Shown here one piece after another: positions 1 to 8,760 of a DNA stretch of 63,621 nucleotides (its first letter is position 1; every line of letters starts with the position of its first letter). Made by a program: the position numbers and the translations under genes. The notes under the pieces are model-generated. The model had not been told where the DNA came from. It saw only the letters and a program-made list of their open reading frames with translations, and did not search any database. The stretch comes from Promethearchaeota archaeon (lineage in GTDB: Archaea; Asgardarchaeota; Hermodarchaeia; Hermodarchaeales; Hermodarchaeaceae): contig JBHLPR010000009.1 in the NCBI GenBank assembly GCA_048939245.1, positions 1-63,621 on the forward strand, in the 5' to 3' direction.

Positions 1-45
1 CTAATTCTGGATAAAAATCGGTATTCGGGGTATTCCCTCATTGCC

Positions 46-336
46 ATGAATGCAGCCGTCCCTTTCCTCTTGTACTTAGGAATCGACGGATTGTTAACTT
101 TTTCCTGGACGTTGCTACTGGCGCAAGTTCAACACATTTTCATGGTCTTCACCGCTATCTTCATCCTAGCTGTAACCTACTATAGTGCCGATGACACCAA
201 AGTCCGCAAACTCATGATAGGCCTTGCGATTGGAATCGTTGCACTCATAATCTTCCTGTTCGTTATTGTTCCCATCATTCTCTTAGATCCCTTGGCGCAA
301 ATCATTCTGGAATCCTATTTGCCCCAAATGCTTTGA
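46..336 (+). CDS. Small membrane protein (possibly 5'-truncated by the window edge)
   Basis: Three hydrophobic segments; its stop codon TGA overlaps the start of repeat copy 1. Confidence 0.6.
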   Translation: MNAAVPFLLYLGIDGLLTFSWTLLLAQVQHIFMVFTAIFILAVTYYSADDTKVRKLMIGLAIGIVALIIFLFVIVPIILLDPLAQIILESYLPQML

Positions 337-394
337 GCAACCGATTTTTCCAGTCGTTATATGTCGGTTTCCTAATCTTCGAAGACATATTGCT
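335..394 (+). repeat. Polar intergenic repeat copy 1 (no terminal hairpin)
   Basis: GAGCAACCGATTTTTCC at 335, GTTAT, TCGAAGACATATTGC at 379. Confidence 0.85.
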
Positions 395-536
395 GATTGT
401 AGCTTGTAATGGCAGTTTTTTCAGAATGATGAGGAGTTTTGTGCTTGTTGGAGCGTTGCCACAAGATGAATATTCAAGAAGATTGGTTTTTTTCTAAGTG
501 ATAATCCCTTTGGATTGAGTCCTGAGTACTTTATCA

Positions 537-1427
537 TTGATTTCAAATAGGAAAACCACTCAGAGATTGTTGGAGGGCTCAGTTTTGCTTCAACCACAAA
601 TCGCGATTGTTGGTGGATCGGGCTTGTATTCTATTCTTGAGAAGCCAAAAACCCAATGGATTACAACACCATTTGGTGGATCAGCACCTATTGACTTAGG
701 TGAGATATCGGGAAAACCAGTTGCGTTCTTAAACCGGCATCAATCTCCTGACCAAGGGGCTATTGCATCCCACTCAATACCACCGCATGCTGTTAACTAC
801 CGGGCGAACCTGTTGGCGCTTCGTCAACTTGGTGTGCGCTATGTCCTAGTTACCACAGCGGTGGGGAGTCTTCGTGAAAAGTTGCCGCCAGGGCAGCTAA
901 TTATACCTCACCAACTTATTGATTTGACTCAGTCTCGAACCTCGACTTTCTACGATGGCACCACCGTGTTTGAGATTGGAGGAAAGACCGTCTCTGGGAT
1001 CGTTCATATTGATGTGACGAATCCGTTTTGCTCAACTTTAAGGCGGGTCCTTCTAGGTGCTTGTAAGGAACTGCGTTTCCAGGCTGTGGATTCAGCAACA
1101 TATGCGGCGATGGAGGGGCCTCGGTTTGAAACGGCAGCGGAAATTAAGATGCTGCGCCAGCTTGGCGTTGATATTGTGGGGATGACATTGGCGCCTGAAG
1201 CGTTTCTTGCCCGTGAACTTGGGATGTGCTATGCCGCCTGTTCGGTGGTTACGAACTACGCTGCAGGGCTAGTAAAAACTCCAATTACTCATGAAGAAAC
1301 CCTTCGCACATTTAAGAGCCGTATTGAGCAGGTACAAAATGTGCTTCGCCTCGCTATTCAGAGCCTGCCGCCAACCCAACCTGATTGTAATTGTTACGCG
1401 GTATGGGAAAGTGCCACTCAGGGTTGA
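537..1427 (+). CDS. MTAP/PNP-family nucleoside phosphorylase, probably 6-oxopurine or methylthioinosine specific
   Basis: GGSG, PPHAVNYRAN, EGPRFET and VGMT motifs; VTNYAAG (Asn) rather than the TDYD of adenine-specific MTAP. Confidence 0.9.
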   Translation: MISNRKTTQRLLEGSVLLQPQIAIVGGSGLYSILEKPKTQWITTPFGGSAPIDLGEISGKPVAFLNRHQSPDQGAIASHSIPPHAVNYRANLLALRQLGVRYVLVTTAVGSLREKLPPGQLIIPHQLIDLTQSRTSTFYDGTTVFEIGGKTVSGIVHIDVTNPFCSTLRRVLLGACKELRFQAVDSATYAAMEGPRFETAAEIKMLRQLGVDIVGMTLAPEAFLARELGMCYAACSVVTNYAAGLVKTPITHEETLRTFKSRIEQVQNVLRLAIQSLPPTQPDCNCYAVWESATQG

Positions 1428-1489
1428 ACTGAGAAGATACAAGCGTTTGTAATTGGTTGAATTATTAGGAAAACTTAATGAATTTTTCA

Positions 1490-1593
1490 GAGCAAGGTGT
1501 TTTTCGGTGTGTTATCTGCCATGAATGATGCATGTCGAAGACATAAGTGCAATTCCTAATCAATGACGTGAAAGAGGATTTGTTTCGCATCAT
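1490..1593 (+). repeat. Polar intergenic repeat copy 2 (full)
   Basis: GAGCAAG 1490, TCGAAGACATAAGTGC 1535, AATGACGTGAAA-GAGGATTTG-TTTCGCATCAT 1562-1593. Confidence 0.92.
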
Positions 1594-1703
1594 GCTAATG
1601 ATGTATTCTCGGTGTTCTTTTTTGCTAGTGTACTGTTTCCCCAAATAACAAAAGGGGGCGGGAGATATGGTGTGTGGAATTCAAATAAGGAGACCTTGAT
1701 TGC

Positions 1704-2567
1704 GTGGAAGATATTGTCCTTAAGTATTCGACAGTTGATGGCGAAAAGGTGCAAGTTCAACTTCCTCCGGAAAAAACTGATATCGGATTATATGGGCGCG
1801 AAATTGTTGAGTTGGACCTCTCATCTATCGATCGACGTACCGAAATTGAAGAGCTAGATTTGCGAAGAAACCAATTGACCAACATTGATCTTGAACCGCT
1901 TCAACACTGTCCGAACTTGAAGAATCTGCGGTTAAGTGGAAATCAATTAATCCAACTCGATCTTGGTTCACTTGAGCATTGTAATCGATTACGTAAGCTG
2001 GAACTAAGTAATAATCAGCTCGCAGAAATCGATTTGACGGCACTTCAATCCTGTACTAAGCTTCGAGAACTTCATCTCACAGCTAATCGATTTCAGAAAA
2101 TTGATCTTGCTCCCCTTCACCAGTGCATGGACCTTCAAGAAATTCGGCTTAATTGGAACGCGCTTGTAGAAATTGATTTGACACCAGTAGGGTATTGGAG
2201 TCGGCTTGAAGATCTGATTTTGGACCGAAACCAGTTACAGGAAATTGATTTGACACCATTAAAACAGTGCACAGATCTTCGAACTCTCAAATTGGGTGAA
2301 AATCAATTGACTTCCATTGATTTGGAGCCGCTTAGAAATTGTCTTAAGCTAGAAATCTTGTATTTATCTGCTAACCCTTTTGAGCAGATTGATTTGTCAC
2401 CGCTCTTTTCTTGTCCGGTTTTGGGGCTTTTTTCGCTGCATCCGGGTGTTGAGTTGGTGGCGGACGCTTCGCTCAAAGATACTAAACCCATTCCACGGGC
2501 AATTCAAGAGTTAATAGACGAGATCAACTGGCAAGAAAAGGAATCTGCCCCAAGGAATAATCAGTGA
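1704..2567 (+). CDS. Leucine-rich repeat protein (22-aa repeats)
   Basis: About 9 tandem LxxLxLxxNQLxxIDLxPLxxC units. Confidence 0.92.
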   Translation: MEDIVLKYSTVDGEKVQVQLPPEKTDIGLYGREIVELDLSSIDRRTEIEELDLRRNQLTNIDLEPLQHCPNLKNLRLSGNQLIQLDLGSLEHCNRLRKLELSNNQLAEIDLTALQSCTKLRELHLTANRFQKIDLAPLHQCMDLQEIRLNWNALVEIDLTPVGYWSRLEDLILDRNQLQEIDLTPLKQCTDLRTLKLGENQLTSIDLEPLRNCLKLEILYLSANPFEQIDLSPLFSCPVLGLFSLHPGVELVADASLKDTKPIPRAIQELIDEINWQEKESAPRNNQ

Positions 2568-2901
2568 CTTTGTGGTTTTCAAAGGATCTAATGGGACTTT
2601 GGTTATTCTTGCTCGTCTTCGTTTTCGTACTCTTCAGACCACCCGATATCGGTTCGTTTGACTCGTTCACCGGAGATTAGCACATATTCACGGTTCTTGC
2701 GAGAGCGTGGTCGACGATGCAAATCCCGCATAACCCGTCCGTCAGTTTGTTTGTCATTATTTGTTTCTTCGCTCAAATTTTATCAGCTCCTGTATTGTAT
2801 GAGGTATGAATTGAGAGCCAGTCTCGGCGTCCTATTTTGACTACACATAATCGTTCAGCATAGAGTGGGATAGCCGAGATTGGATTAGGTTGATTTGTAG
2901 T

Positions 2902-3105
2902 TTATTCCACCACAACGTTTGTGGCTTTTTGCCCGCGGTCACCGTCTTCGATTTTGAAGCTGACCTTGTCGCCTTCTTTAAGCAGGTAAGCGCCTTCGAC
3001 TTCGCTACCGTGCACGAATACGTCGGTGCCGGTTTTACGTTCGATGAAACCGTAGTTACGATCGGGATTAAACCATTTGACTGTGCCTTTTACCATAGTG
3101 TTCAC
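2902..3105 (-). CDS. csp: Cold-shock domain protein (likely start ATG at 3096)
   Basis: GTVKWFN..YGFI (RNP1) and DVFVH (RNP2); GAGGTGA SD upstream of the ATG. Confidence 0.95.
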   Translation of the reverse strand: MNTMVKGTVKWFNPDRNYGFIERKTGTDVFVHGSEVEGAYLLKEGDKVSFKIEDGDRGQKATNVVVE

Positions 3106-3260
3106 CTCGATTTGCTTGAGTTGAGATGGGGTTATCTCTCAGGGATAGGTGGCTGTGTCACGCAACCGTACTGTTCCGTAGAATGTAATTCGGGGGAATA
3201 GCTGCCTAGCATGATAAGCTAAAGTTCTTCATAAAACGAAACTAAATCCTATTTGCTAAC
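3106..3260 (-). promoter_or_regulatory. Conserved promoter and structured 5' leader of csp
   Basis: Aligns with 52783-52910 upstream of the paralog; two conserved stems on the minus strand. Confidence 0.65.
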
Positions 3261-3337
3261 AACAAGAGGGAAGCTCGAGAGTGTTTATAGGTGTTGCCCC
3301 TCCTTGCATGTAGCAGTATTTTTACTTATGATTGAGG

Positions 3338-3432
3338 CTTCAAGTGGTTTTAGGGTACGTTATATGTTTACATGAATGACTATCGAAGACATACATGCCT
3401 GGAATCTTTCAAATGCTGTGAAAGATAATTTT
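3338..3432 (+). repeat. Polar intergenic repeat copy 3
   Basis: TCGAAGACATACATGC at 3383, AATGCTGTGAAAGATAATTT at 3412; right arm degenerate. Confidence 0.85.
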
Positions 3433-3541
3433 CAAGCTATTCAATGAATTTTCTTCATATCGAAACTCTTGCTTTGTTTTTAAGGAGAGAACACGCATAG
3501 GAGTGTTTCTCCTTTAACAACGACGCTGGAGTTGAAAATAA

Positions 3542-3931
3542 ATGGCTGAAGAATATGGGATGATAACGCGAATTACGTTCATCATCCATATAATCATTGG
3601 ACTCATTTTTGGAATTAGTTTCTTGGTCATCCCTGACATCATGTTACCGTTGTTTGGGATGGCTTTTGTTGATCCCACTGTGCGAATGTTTGGTGCTATC
3701 ATCATCGGTTTCACCGTTACATCAATCTTAGGCCTAATGACACGCGAGGTCGTCCGTGTGAAGATCATCATTCAAGCGGAGCTCATCTGGCTGATCTTGG
3801 GTATTATCGCTGGTGCTGTGCACTTAGTCATTCCTCCCTTATTGTCTCTGACCTTTGCTGGCGCTGCCATTGGTTCTCTAGTGATACTATTCATTCTGTT
3901 CCTCCTATCTTACTTCATGGAAATCAGATGA
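3542..3931 (+). CDS. Four-TM hypothetical membrane protein
   Basis: Four hydrophobic helices; GGAG SD. Confidence 0.8.
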   Translation: MAEEYGMITRITFIIHIIIGLIFGISFLVIPDIMLPLFGMAFVDPTVRMFGAIIIGFTVTSILGLMTREVVRVKIIIQAELIWLILGIIAGAVHLVIPPLLSLTFAGAAIGSLVILFILFLLSYFMEIR

Positions 3932-3961
3932 TAATAGCTCGACCTCAATATCATTGAAACT

Positions 3962-4003
3962 AGTCTGTCGGGATCGGAATCCCCACAGACTTCTTCTCTT
4001 TTT
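3962..4003 (+). terminator. Hairpin plus T-rich tract
   Basis: AGTCTGT.GGGAT-CGGA-ATCCC.ACAGACT followed by TCTTCTCTTTTT. Confidence 0.6.
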
Positions 4004-4073
4004 AGCTAACATAGACATCTCAACGTGTTGAGAAAGCAAAGATTGTTACGTTTTTTTGATGATTTTCAGCTCC

Positions 4074-4175
4074 GAGCAAGCAGTTGTTCCGACGATTATG
4101 TGTCAGTTTTTTGTTTCGAAGACGTTTATGCAATTCTAAGTATATAATGTGAGAGATGATTTGTTTCTCGTCGTT
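4074..4175 (+). repeat. Polar intergenic repeat copy 4 (full)
   Basis: GAGCAAG 4074, TCGAAGAC 4116, ATGTGAGA-GATGATTTG-TTTCTCGTCGTT. Confidence 0.9.
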
Positions 4176-4304
4176 CACTTAGTTGATATCATTGGATTTT
4201 TCCTCGGCTCTTATCAGGTATTTGCAAACGTATAGAAAATTAGTATACTATTTCAGATAGTTATAGAAGAATTGATTCATGGTTTGTGAATTGAGGAGGT
4301 AAAT

Positions 4305-4847
4305 GTGTTAATGATGCCAATTGGACCATTGATGATTGAACACAGGTTGATTGAACGGATGATTGGGTTAATGAGAGAGGAATTGGAACGGATTCGAGAT
4401 ACGGCGCGTGTGAATTCACGATTCATTGATACGGCAGTAGATTTTCTGAGGACCTATGCGGACAGGACTCATCATGGGAAGGAGGAGGATATTCTGTTTC
4501 GTGAGCTGTCAAAGAAATCGTTGACAGATAAGCACCAGAAAATTATGGGCGAACTGGTCGAGGAGCATGGAATTGCCCGGAAGACGGTGGGCCGTTTAAT
4601 TGAAGCGAATACGAAATACATGCAAGGCCATAACACCTCAGTCGATGAGATACTTCGCCTTCTTGAGAAACTCGTTAATTTTTACCCTGAACATATCCGG
4701 AAGGAGGATAAGGATTTCTTCATTCCGTGTATGAAATATTTTTCTCAACAGGAACAGCAGGACATGCTAGAGGAATTCTGGGCATTTGATCGGAAGATGA
4801 TTCATGAAAAGTACAAGAAAGTTGTTGATACTCTTACACTAAAATGA
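4305..4847 (+). CDS. Hemerythrin-domain protein
   Basis: EH..., HHGKEEDILF, EH and HIRKED motifs. Confidence 0.9.
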   Translation: MLMMPIGPLMIEHRLIERMIGLMREELERIRDTARVNSRFIDTAVDFLRTYADRTHHGKEEDILFRELSKKSLTDKHQKIMGELVEEHGIARKTVGRLIEANTKYMQGHNTSVDEILRLLEKLVNFYPEHIRKEDKDFFIPCMKYFSQQEQQDMLEEFWAFDRKMIHEKYKKVVDTLTLK

Positions 4848-4913
4848 AGAGATAAAAATCTAAGATTTCAAGATGTTCCCGTCCGCTCGTCAATCTGGTG
4901 GCTTTTAGGGTTC

Positions 4914-5019
4914 GAGCAAGCCGTTTTCCATGCTGTTATTTGCGCTTCTATTGAATTTCGAAGACATACATGCAGTTTCTTTCGAATGAAGTGAAAGATG
5001 ATTTGCTTCACATCATTCG
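4914..5019 (+). repeat. Polar intergenic repeat copy 5 (full; between convergent genes)
   Basis: GAGCAAGCCGTTTTCC 4914, GTTAT 4935, TCGAAGACATACATGC 4958, GAATGAAGTGAAA-GATGATTTG-CTTCACATCATTC 4984-5018. Confidence 0.93.
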
Positions 5020-5066
5020 CAAACCGATTTATGCACAAAAAACTGATTTCTCTTAAGAAGAAAGAA

Positions 5067-5948
5067 TTATCTAGCTACCACTCCGCGGACGAAGAACCCT
5101 AAGGGAATAAAACAGACCAACCCCATGATGAAGATCAAGATAATATCGACTAGAACGAACGGTGCACCCGTGAAAATCGGCTGGAGCAGGAGAAACATGA
5201 TCAAGCCGATGAATAACATACTCGCCACAAAGAGTAATCCCAATCCGCTGACATAGCCGAGAGAACTTCGCCGAAGCATTAAGCCTCCGCCAGCAATAAA
5301 GAGGATTGAGATAACTATGTCGGCAATCGACACACCAATTTCAGAAATAGGATGCAACATCGGATTTATGATTGTCCCGGCAATCACGCCAATTGCTCTG
5401 AAGATAAACAAGACGCCGAACCCAACCAGAACCAAACCGGCGATTCGTACTGGCACCCCTTTGGACAGCTGCTCGTGAATGGTTTTCTGATCAATGCTTT
5501 TCAAGAGCGTGAAAGTGCAGTATGTGCTCAGCAGAACGAGTACCACATATGATACAGTGAACACACTGAAAGGTATCCCGAAAATATAGGCGATGTAATT
5601 GTAGAGAATGTATAGCAGCGCGCCTGGCCAGAAAAGTAGACCCACCAGCTTCTCACTTTTCGTGAGCCACAGTGCAACAAGCAAGACTGGCACTCCTAGG
5701 AAGAGATTGACCACATCATTGGCAACAAACATTTGGAGAAGTTCTTCTGTTGGGTAGAGGGTGGAAGGCCAAAGCAAACCACCGAGGGACACAGCAGCCA
5801 TGAGGATGACGCTGACGAGGGTGAGCACAAAAGTAAATGTTAGATCACGCTTCACTGGAAGGTTACGAAGGTGAAGTGCGAGCGCCACCCAATTTTTTGT
5901 TTCTGGGACTTGAACCTCCATTGGAGTCGAATCAGCCATTTCGTTCAC
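5067..5948 (-). CDS. Multi-pass membrane protein
   Basis: About 8 TM helices; divergent from the TetR gene. Confidence 0.8.
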   Translation of the reverse strand: MNEMADSTPMEVQVPETKNWVALALHLRNLPVKRDLTFTFVLTLVSVILMAAVSLGGLLWPSTLYPTEELLQMFVANDVVNLFLGVPVLLVALWLTKSEKLVGLLFWPGALLYILYNYIAYIFGIPFSVFTVSYVVLVLLSTYCTFTLLKSIDQKTIHEQLSKGVPVRIAGLVLVGFGVLFIFRAIGVIAGTIINPMLHPISEIGVSIADIVISILFIAGGGLMLRRSSLGYVSGLGLLFVASMLFIGLIMFLLLQPIFTGAPFVLVDIILIFIMGLVCFIPLGFFVRGVVAR

Positions 5949-5965
5949 CTCATTTATTCCATATA

Positions 5966-6037
5966 AAATAAATGAACATTCACTTATTTATAAATCTTCC
6001 TCCCCCGAAACAAATCTTAATAAATGAATGCTTATTC
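5966..6037. promoter_or_regulatory. Putative TetR operators in the divergent promoter
   Basis: AAATAAATGAA-CA-TTCACTTATTT (5966-5989) and a related ATAAATGAAT-GCTT-ATTCA just upstream of tetR. Confidence 0.55.
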
Positions 6038-6617
6038 ACCTCTCAATATGAGAACTCGGGACCAGGCGAAATATGACGCGATTGTAAAGGCATCTATCCA
6101 GCTGGTCAATACACTCGGATTTGATGGCATCTCGATTTCCAAGATAGCGAAGAAAGCCAAAGTGTCACCAGCGACGATCTATATCTATTTTGAGAACAAA
6201 GCGGACCTATTTACCAAGCTCTATATCGATATTCGAAAGAAAACGCATCGAGGTCTCATTCAGGGAGTGCGGGATGAGATGACGATTGAACAAACATTCA
6301 AGACTATCTGGTATAACTCCTTCTTCTATCATCTCAAGCATCCTGAATATATTGTTTTTCGGGAACAGTTTGAACAGACATCGATGATGAAGAACGTCAG
6401 GGAGAATGAATTCGAGTCCTATAAATATGTCAGAAATCTCCTCCAGCGTGGCATTGACGAGAAGACCATTAAAAACCACCCATTACCCATTCTTACAGCT
6501 TTTGCCTTTATCCCTGTAATCACCCTCATCAAATATCATCGAAGTGGTATAATCAAGATGGATGAAGCCCAGATTCAGCAAGCATCTGAAATCGCATGGA
6601 ATGCCATTAGTAGCTAA
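6024..6617 (+). CDS. TetR/AcrR family regulator (likely start 6048)
   Basis: HTH IAKKAKVSPATIYIYFENK. Confidence 0.92.
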   Translation: MNAYSPLNMRTRDQAKYDAIVKASIQLVNTLGFDGISISKIAKKAKVSPATIYIYFENKADLFTKLYIDIRKKTHRGLIQGVRDEMTIEQTFKTIWYNSFFYHLKHPEYIVFREQFEQTSMMKNVRENEFESYKYVRNLLQRGIDEKTIKNHPLPILTAFAFIPVITLIKYHRSGIIKMDEAQIQQASEIAWNAISS

Positions 6618-6695
6618 CATATTGCACAAATCAACATAACCAATTAACGGGGGGAAAACCCTGGTTCAATCTGCAACAAATGCCTTTCAAAAATT

Positions 6696-6757
6696 GAGTT
6701 GCTTGTCTTTTCTCGAATTATATGCTCATAAGATTCTTTTTGAAGACTTAAATTCCA
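6696..6757 (+). repeat. Polar intergenic repeat copy 6 (degenerate)
   Basis: GAG at 6696 and TTGAAGAC at 6740, keeping the 44-bp spacing. Confidence 0.5.
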
Positions 6758-6898
6758 TTTTCATTAGGCTTTTGGCTACTTAGAGAAATGCATTTCATTG
6801 TAGACTGATTTGCTGTGAGGTAACATCTAGTTAGCACCTAAATATTGTGTTAGCCGATTAAGAACGATTTAAATATCAACAGCAAGCATAGGAAGCCT

Positions 6899-8680
6899 TT
6901 GGGAAGGTTTCGCATCTTTTTACCAAGAGGCGAACTATTTCCTATAGGAGGTAACATGGATTTGAAAAGATCCTACATTATAGCAATTGTGTTAGTAGTT
7001 ATCATTGTTGGAGGTGCAGCTGGCGTCTACTTCTTCATGAGGCCGCCACCAATAACTAACCTAATCGTCATGGGAACTACTGACTCAATAGAGACGGTCC
7101 TCGATCCCGCTAGAGCTTACGACTACTTTGCCTGGTCGATAATTGGTTCTCTCAGTTCAGGGTTAGTCGATATTGAACCCGGTTCTCAAGCAGAACCAGG
7201 CGATATCATACCTGGATTGGCAACGAGTTGGACAACGAGTGGCGCTGGATCCATATATGACTTCACTCTGAGAGAAGGCGTAACCTTCGCAGATGGATTA
7301 CCATTTAACGCATCAATCGTCAAATACACGTTCGATAGATCCTGCAACCTTACAGGTGAAGGGCTCTATGAACCTGAAGGATTTCAGCTTGGCATCGGCT
7401 TGGCTGACATTATTGAGAATGTGACAATATTGGGCGAATATTCTGTAAGGTTTTACTTGTATTTCCCCTGGGCTCCATTCTTACAAACAATGGCAGCACA
7501 AGGTTGTTTCATGGTACATCCAACGTATGCACCAATGAGTGAATTGGCTAATTACACTGAAGGTAATGCCCGTGCAAGCCATGCATGTGGTCTTGGTCCA
7601 TATCTTCTCCAAAGTTGGAGTCGTGTCGGCGGGTCAGATGAAGAGATGGTATTTGTCAAGAACCCCGACTACTGGGATGCTGCCAGTGGGCTGCCAAAGA
7701 CTGACACATTCATCATTAAATTCTATGAAAGCGACACCGCCCTTGCAACAGCAATGTCAGCTGGTGAAGTTGACGTAGCATACAGACAGCTCAGTGCAGC
7801 TCAAATCAATGCTTTTCGGGCGAATCCAGCAGTGCGAGTTTGGGAGGTAGCAGGTCCATTTATTCAGTATCTGTGCTTCCAACAGAGAACGTATCCTTAC
7901 AACGAAACTCTGATTCGGCAAGGAATAGCTGCCGCGTTGAACCGGACAAACTTGGTTGAGACAGTGTTCATTGGCACTGCGCAGCCTTTGTATAGTATTA
8001 TCCCTGAAGGGATGGCTTACCATAAGCCAACCTTTGAGGTACATGGCAGCGCAAACTACACTTACACTCAAACTGTTTTTGATCTCTTTGGCTACAATGC
8101 AACCAACAAACTGGTAGTCGAGTTATACTACGAGAGTTCAGGTCACTACCCACAAAGTGCAGAACAAGCAGCCTTTTTCAAGATAAATCTAGAGGCAAGC
8201 GGTGTAATGACTGTTAACCTAAATGCCCTCGAATGGGCAAGTTACAGAACTGCAAGAAGTGCTGGTTCAATGCCTGTCTACATATATGGATGGTACCCAG
8301 ATTACATTGATCCTGATAACTATGCTTTCTTGCCATTTGCTACTTGGCTCAACATGGGATACAATAGTACATATCCAGCAGGTGGAGTGGCGCAATACAA
8401 CCTGTGGGTTTGGGGTCGTAGTAATACCACTGATACAGGAAGACGGACCTCATATCACGCTCTACAAGATCTCCAAGCTCAAGAGTGCTCAGTGATTCCA
8501 TTGTATCAGGGTGGTGCATATGCGGTGAGCAAACTCACCATCCATGGCATTATCTTAGATATCACAATTAACTTCCGACACTGGCTCCTCTATTGGGGAG
8601 AAGAAGCGACCACTGGCCCGTTTTTAGTATTTCAAACCAACGTAATAGTGTCATCAGGCAACAAACAATTCAAGATTTAG
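6899..8680 (+). CDS. dppA: Peptide/nickel ABC transporter substrate-binding protein, family 5 (likely start 6956)
   Basis: N-terminal anchor, LDPA, YDFTLREGVTFADG, GWYPDYIDP; GGAGG before ATG 6956. Confidence 0.9.
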   Translation: MGRFRIFLPRGELFPIGGNMDLKRSYIIAIVLVVIIVGGAAGVYFFMRPPPITNLIVMGTTDSIETVLDPARAYDYFAWSIIGSLSSGLVDIEPGSQAEPGDIIPGLATSWTTSGAGSIYDFTLREGVTFADGLPFNASIVKYTFDRSCNLTGEGLYEPEGFQLGIGLADIIENVTILGEYSVRFYLYFPWAPFLQTMAAQGCFMVHPTYAPMSELANYTEGNARASHACGLGPYLLQSWSRVGGSDEEMVFVKNPDYWDAASGLPKTDTFIIKFYESDTALATAMSAGEVDVAYRQLSAAQINAFRANPAVRVWEVAGPFIQYLCFQQRTYPYNETLIRQGIAAALNRTNLVETVFIGTAQPLYSIIPEGMAYHKPTFEVHGSANYTYTQTVFDLFGYNATNKLVVELYYESSGHYPQSAEQAAFFKINLEASGVMTVNLNALEWASYRTARSAGSMPVYIYGWYPDYIDPDNYAFLPFATWLNMGYNSTYPAGGVAQYNLWVWGRSNTTDTGRRTSYHALQDLQAQECSVIPLYQGGAYAVSKLTIHGIILDITINFRHWLLYWGEEATTGPFLVFQTNVIVSSGNKQFKI

Positions 8681-8760
8681 GTACCAACCGTAAGCCTAAA
8701 CTATGACTTGATTGGAACTGATGACACCCACATTTTCTTTGGTAAAAAGGTGAGAATCGG

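Noticed and set aside
2944-2951. Minus-strand copy of the TCGAAGAC core
   Set aside because: Lies inside the csp coding sequence with none of the other repeat motifs.
2890-3201. Antisense ORFs over csp genes (also 52519-52839) and other short shadow ORFs in the track
   Set aside because: They overlap well-supported genes on the opposite strand or frame, and their mutual similarity only mirrors csp paralogy.
4908-4922. GGTTCGA as a tRNA T-loop or tRNA-derived att site
   Set aside because: Present in only a couple of copies, with no T-stem or acceptor-stem pairing.
4906-4968. Repeat encoding a short peptide on the minus strand (ATG TCT TCG...)
   Set aside because: The frame is open for 20 codons in copy 5 but stops after 10 in copy 2, and the ATG is missing in several copies.
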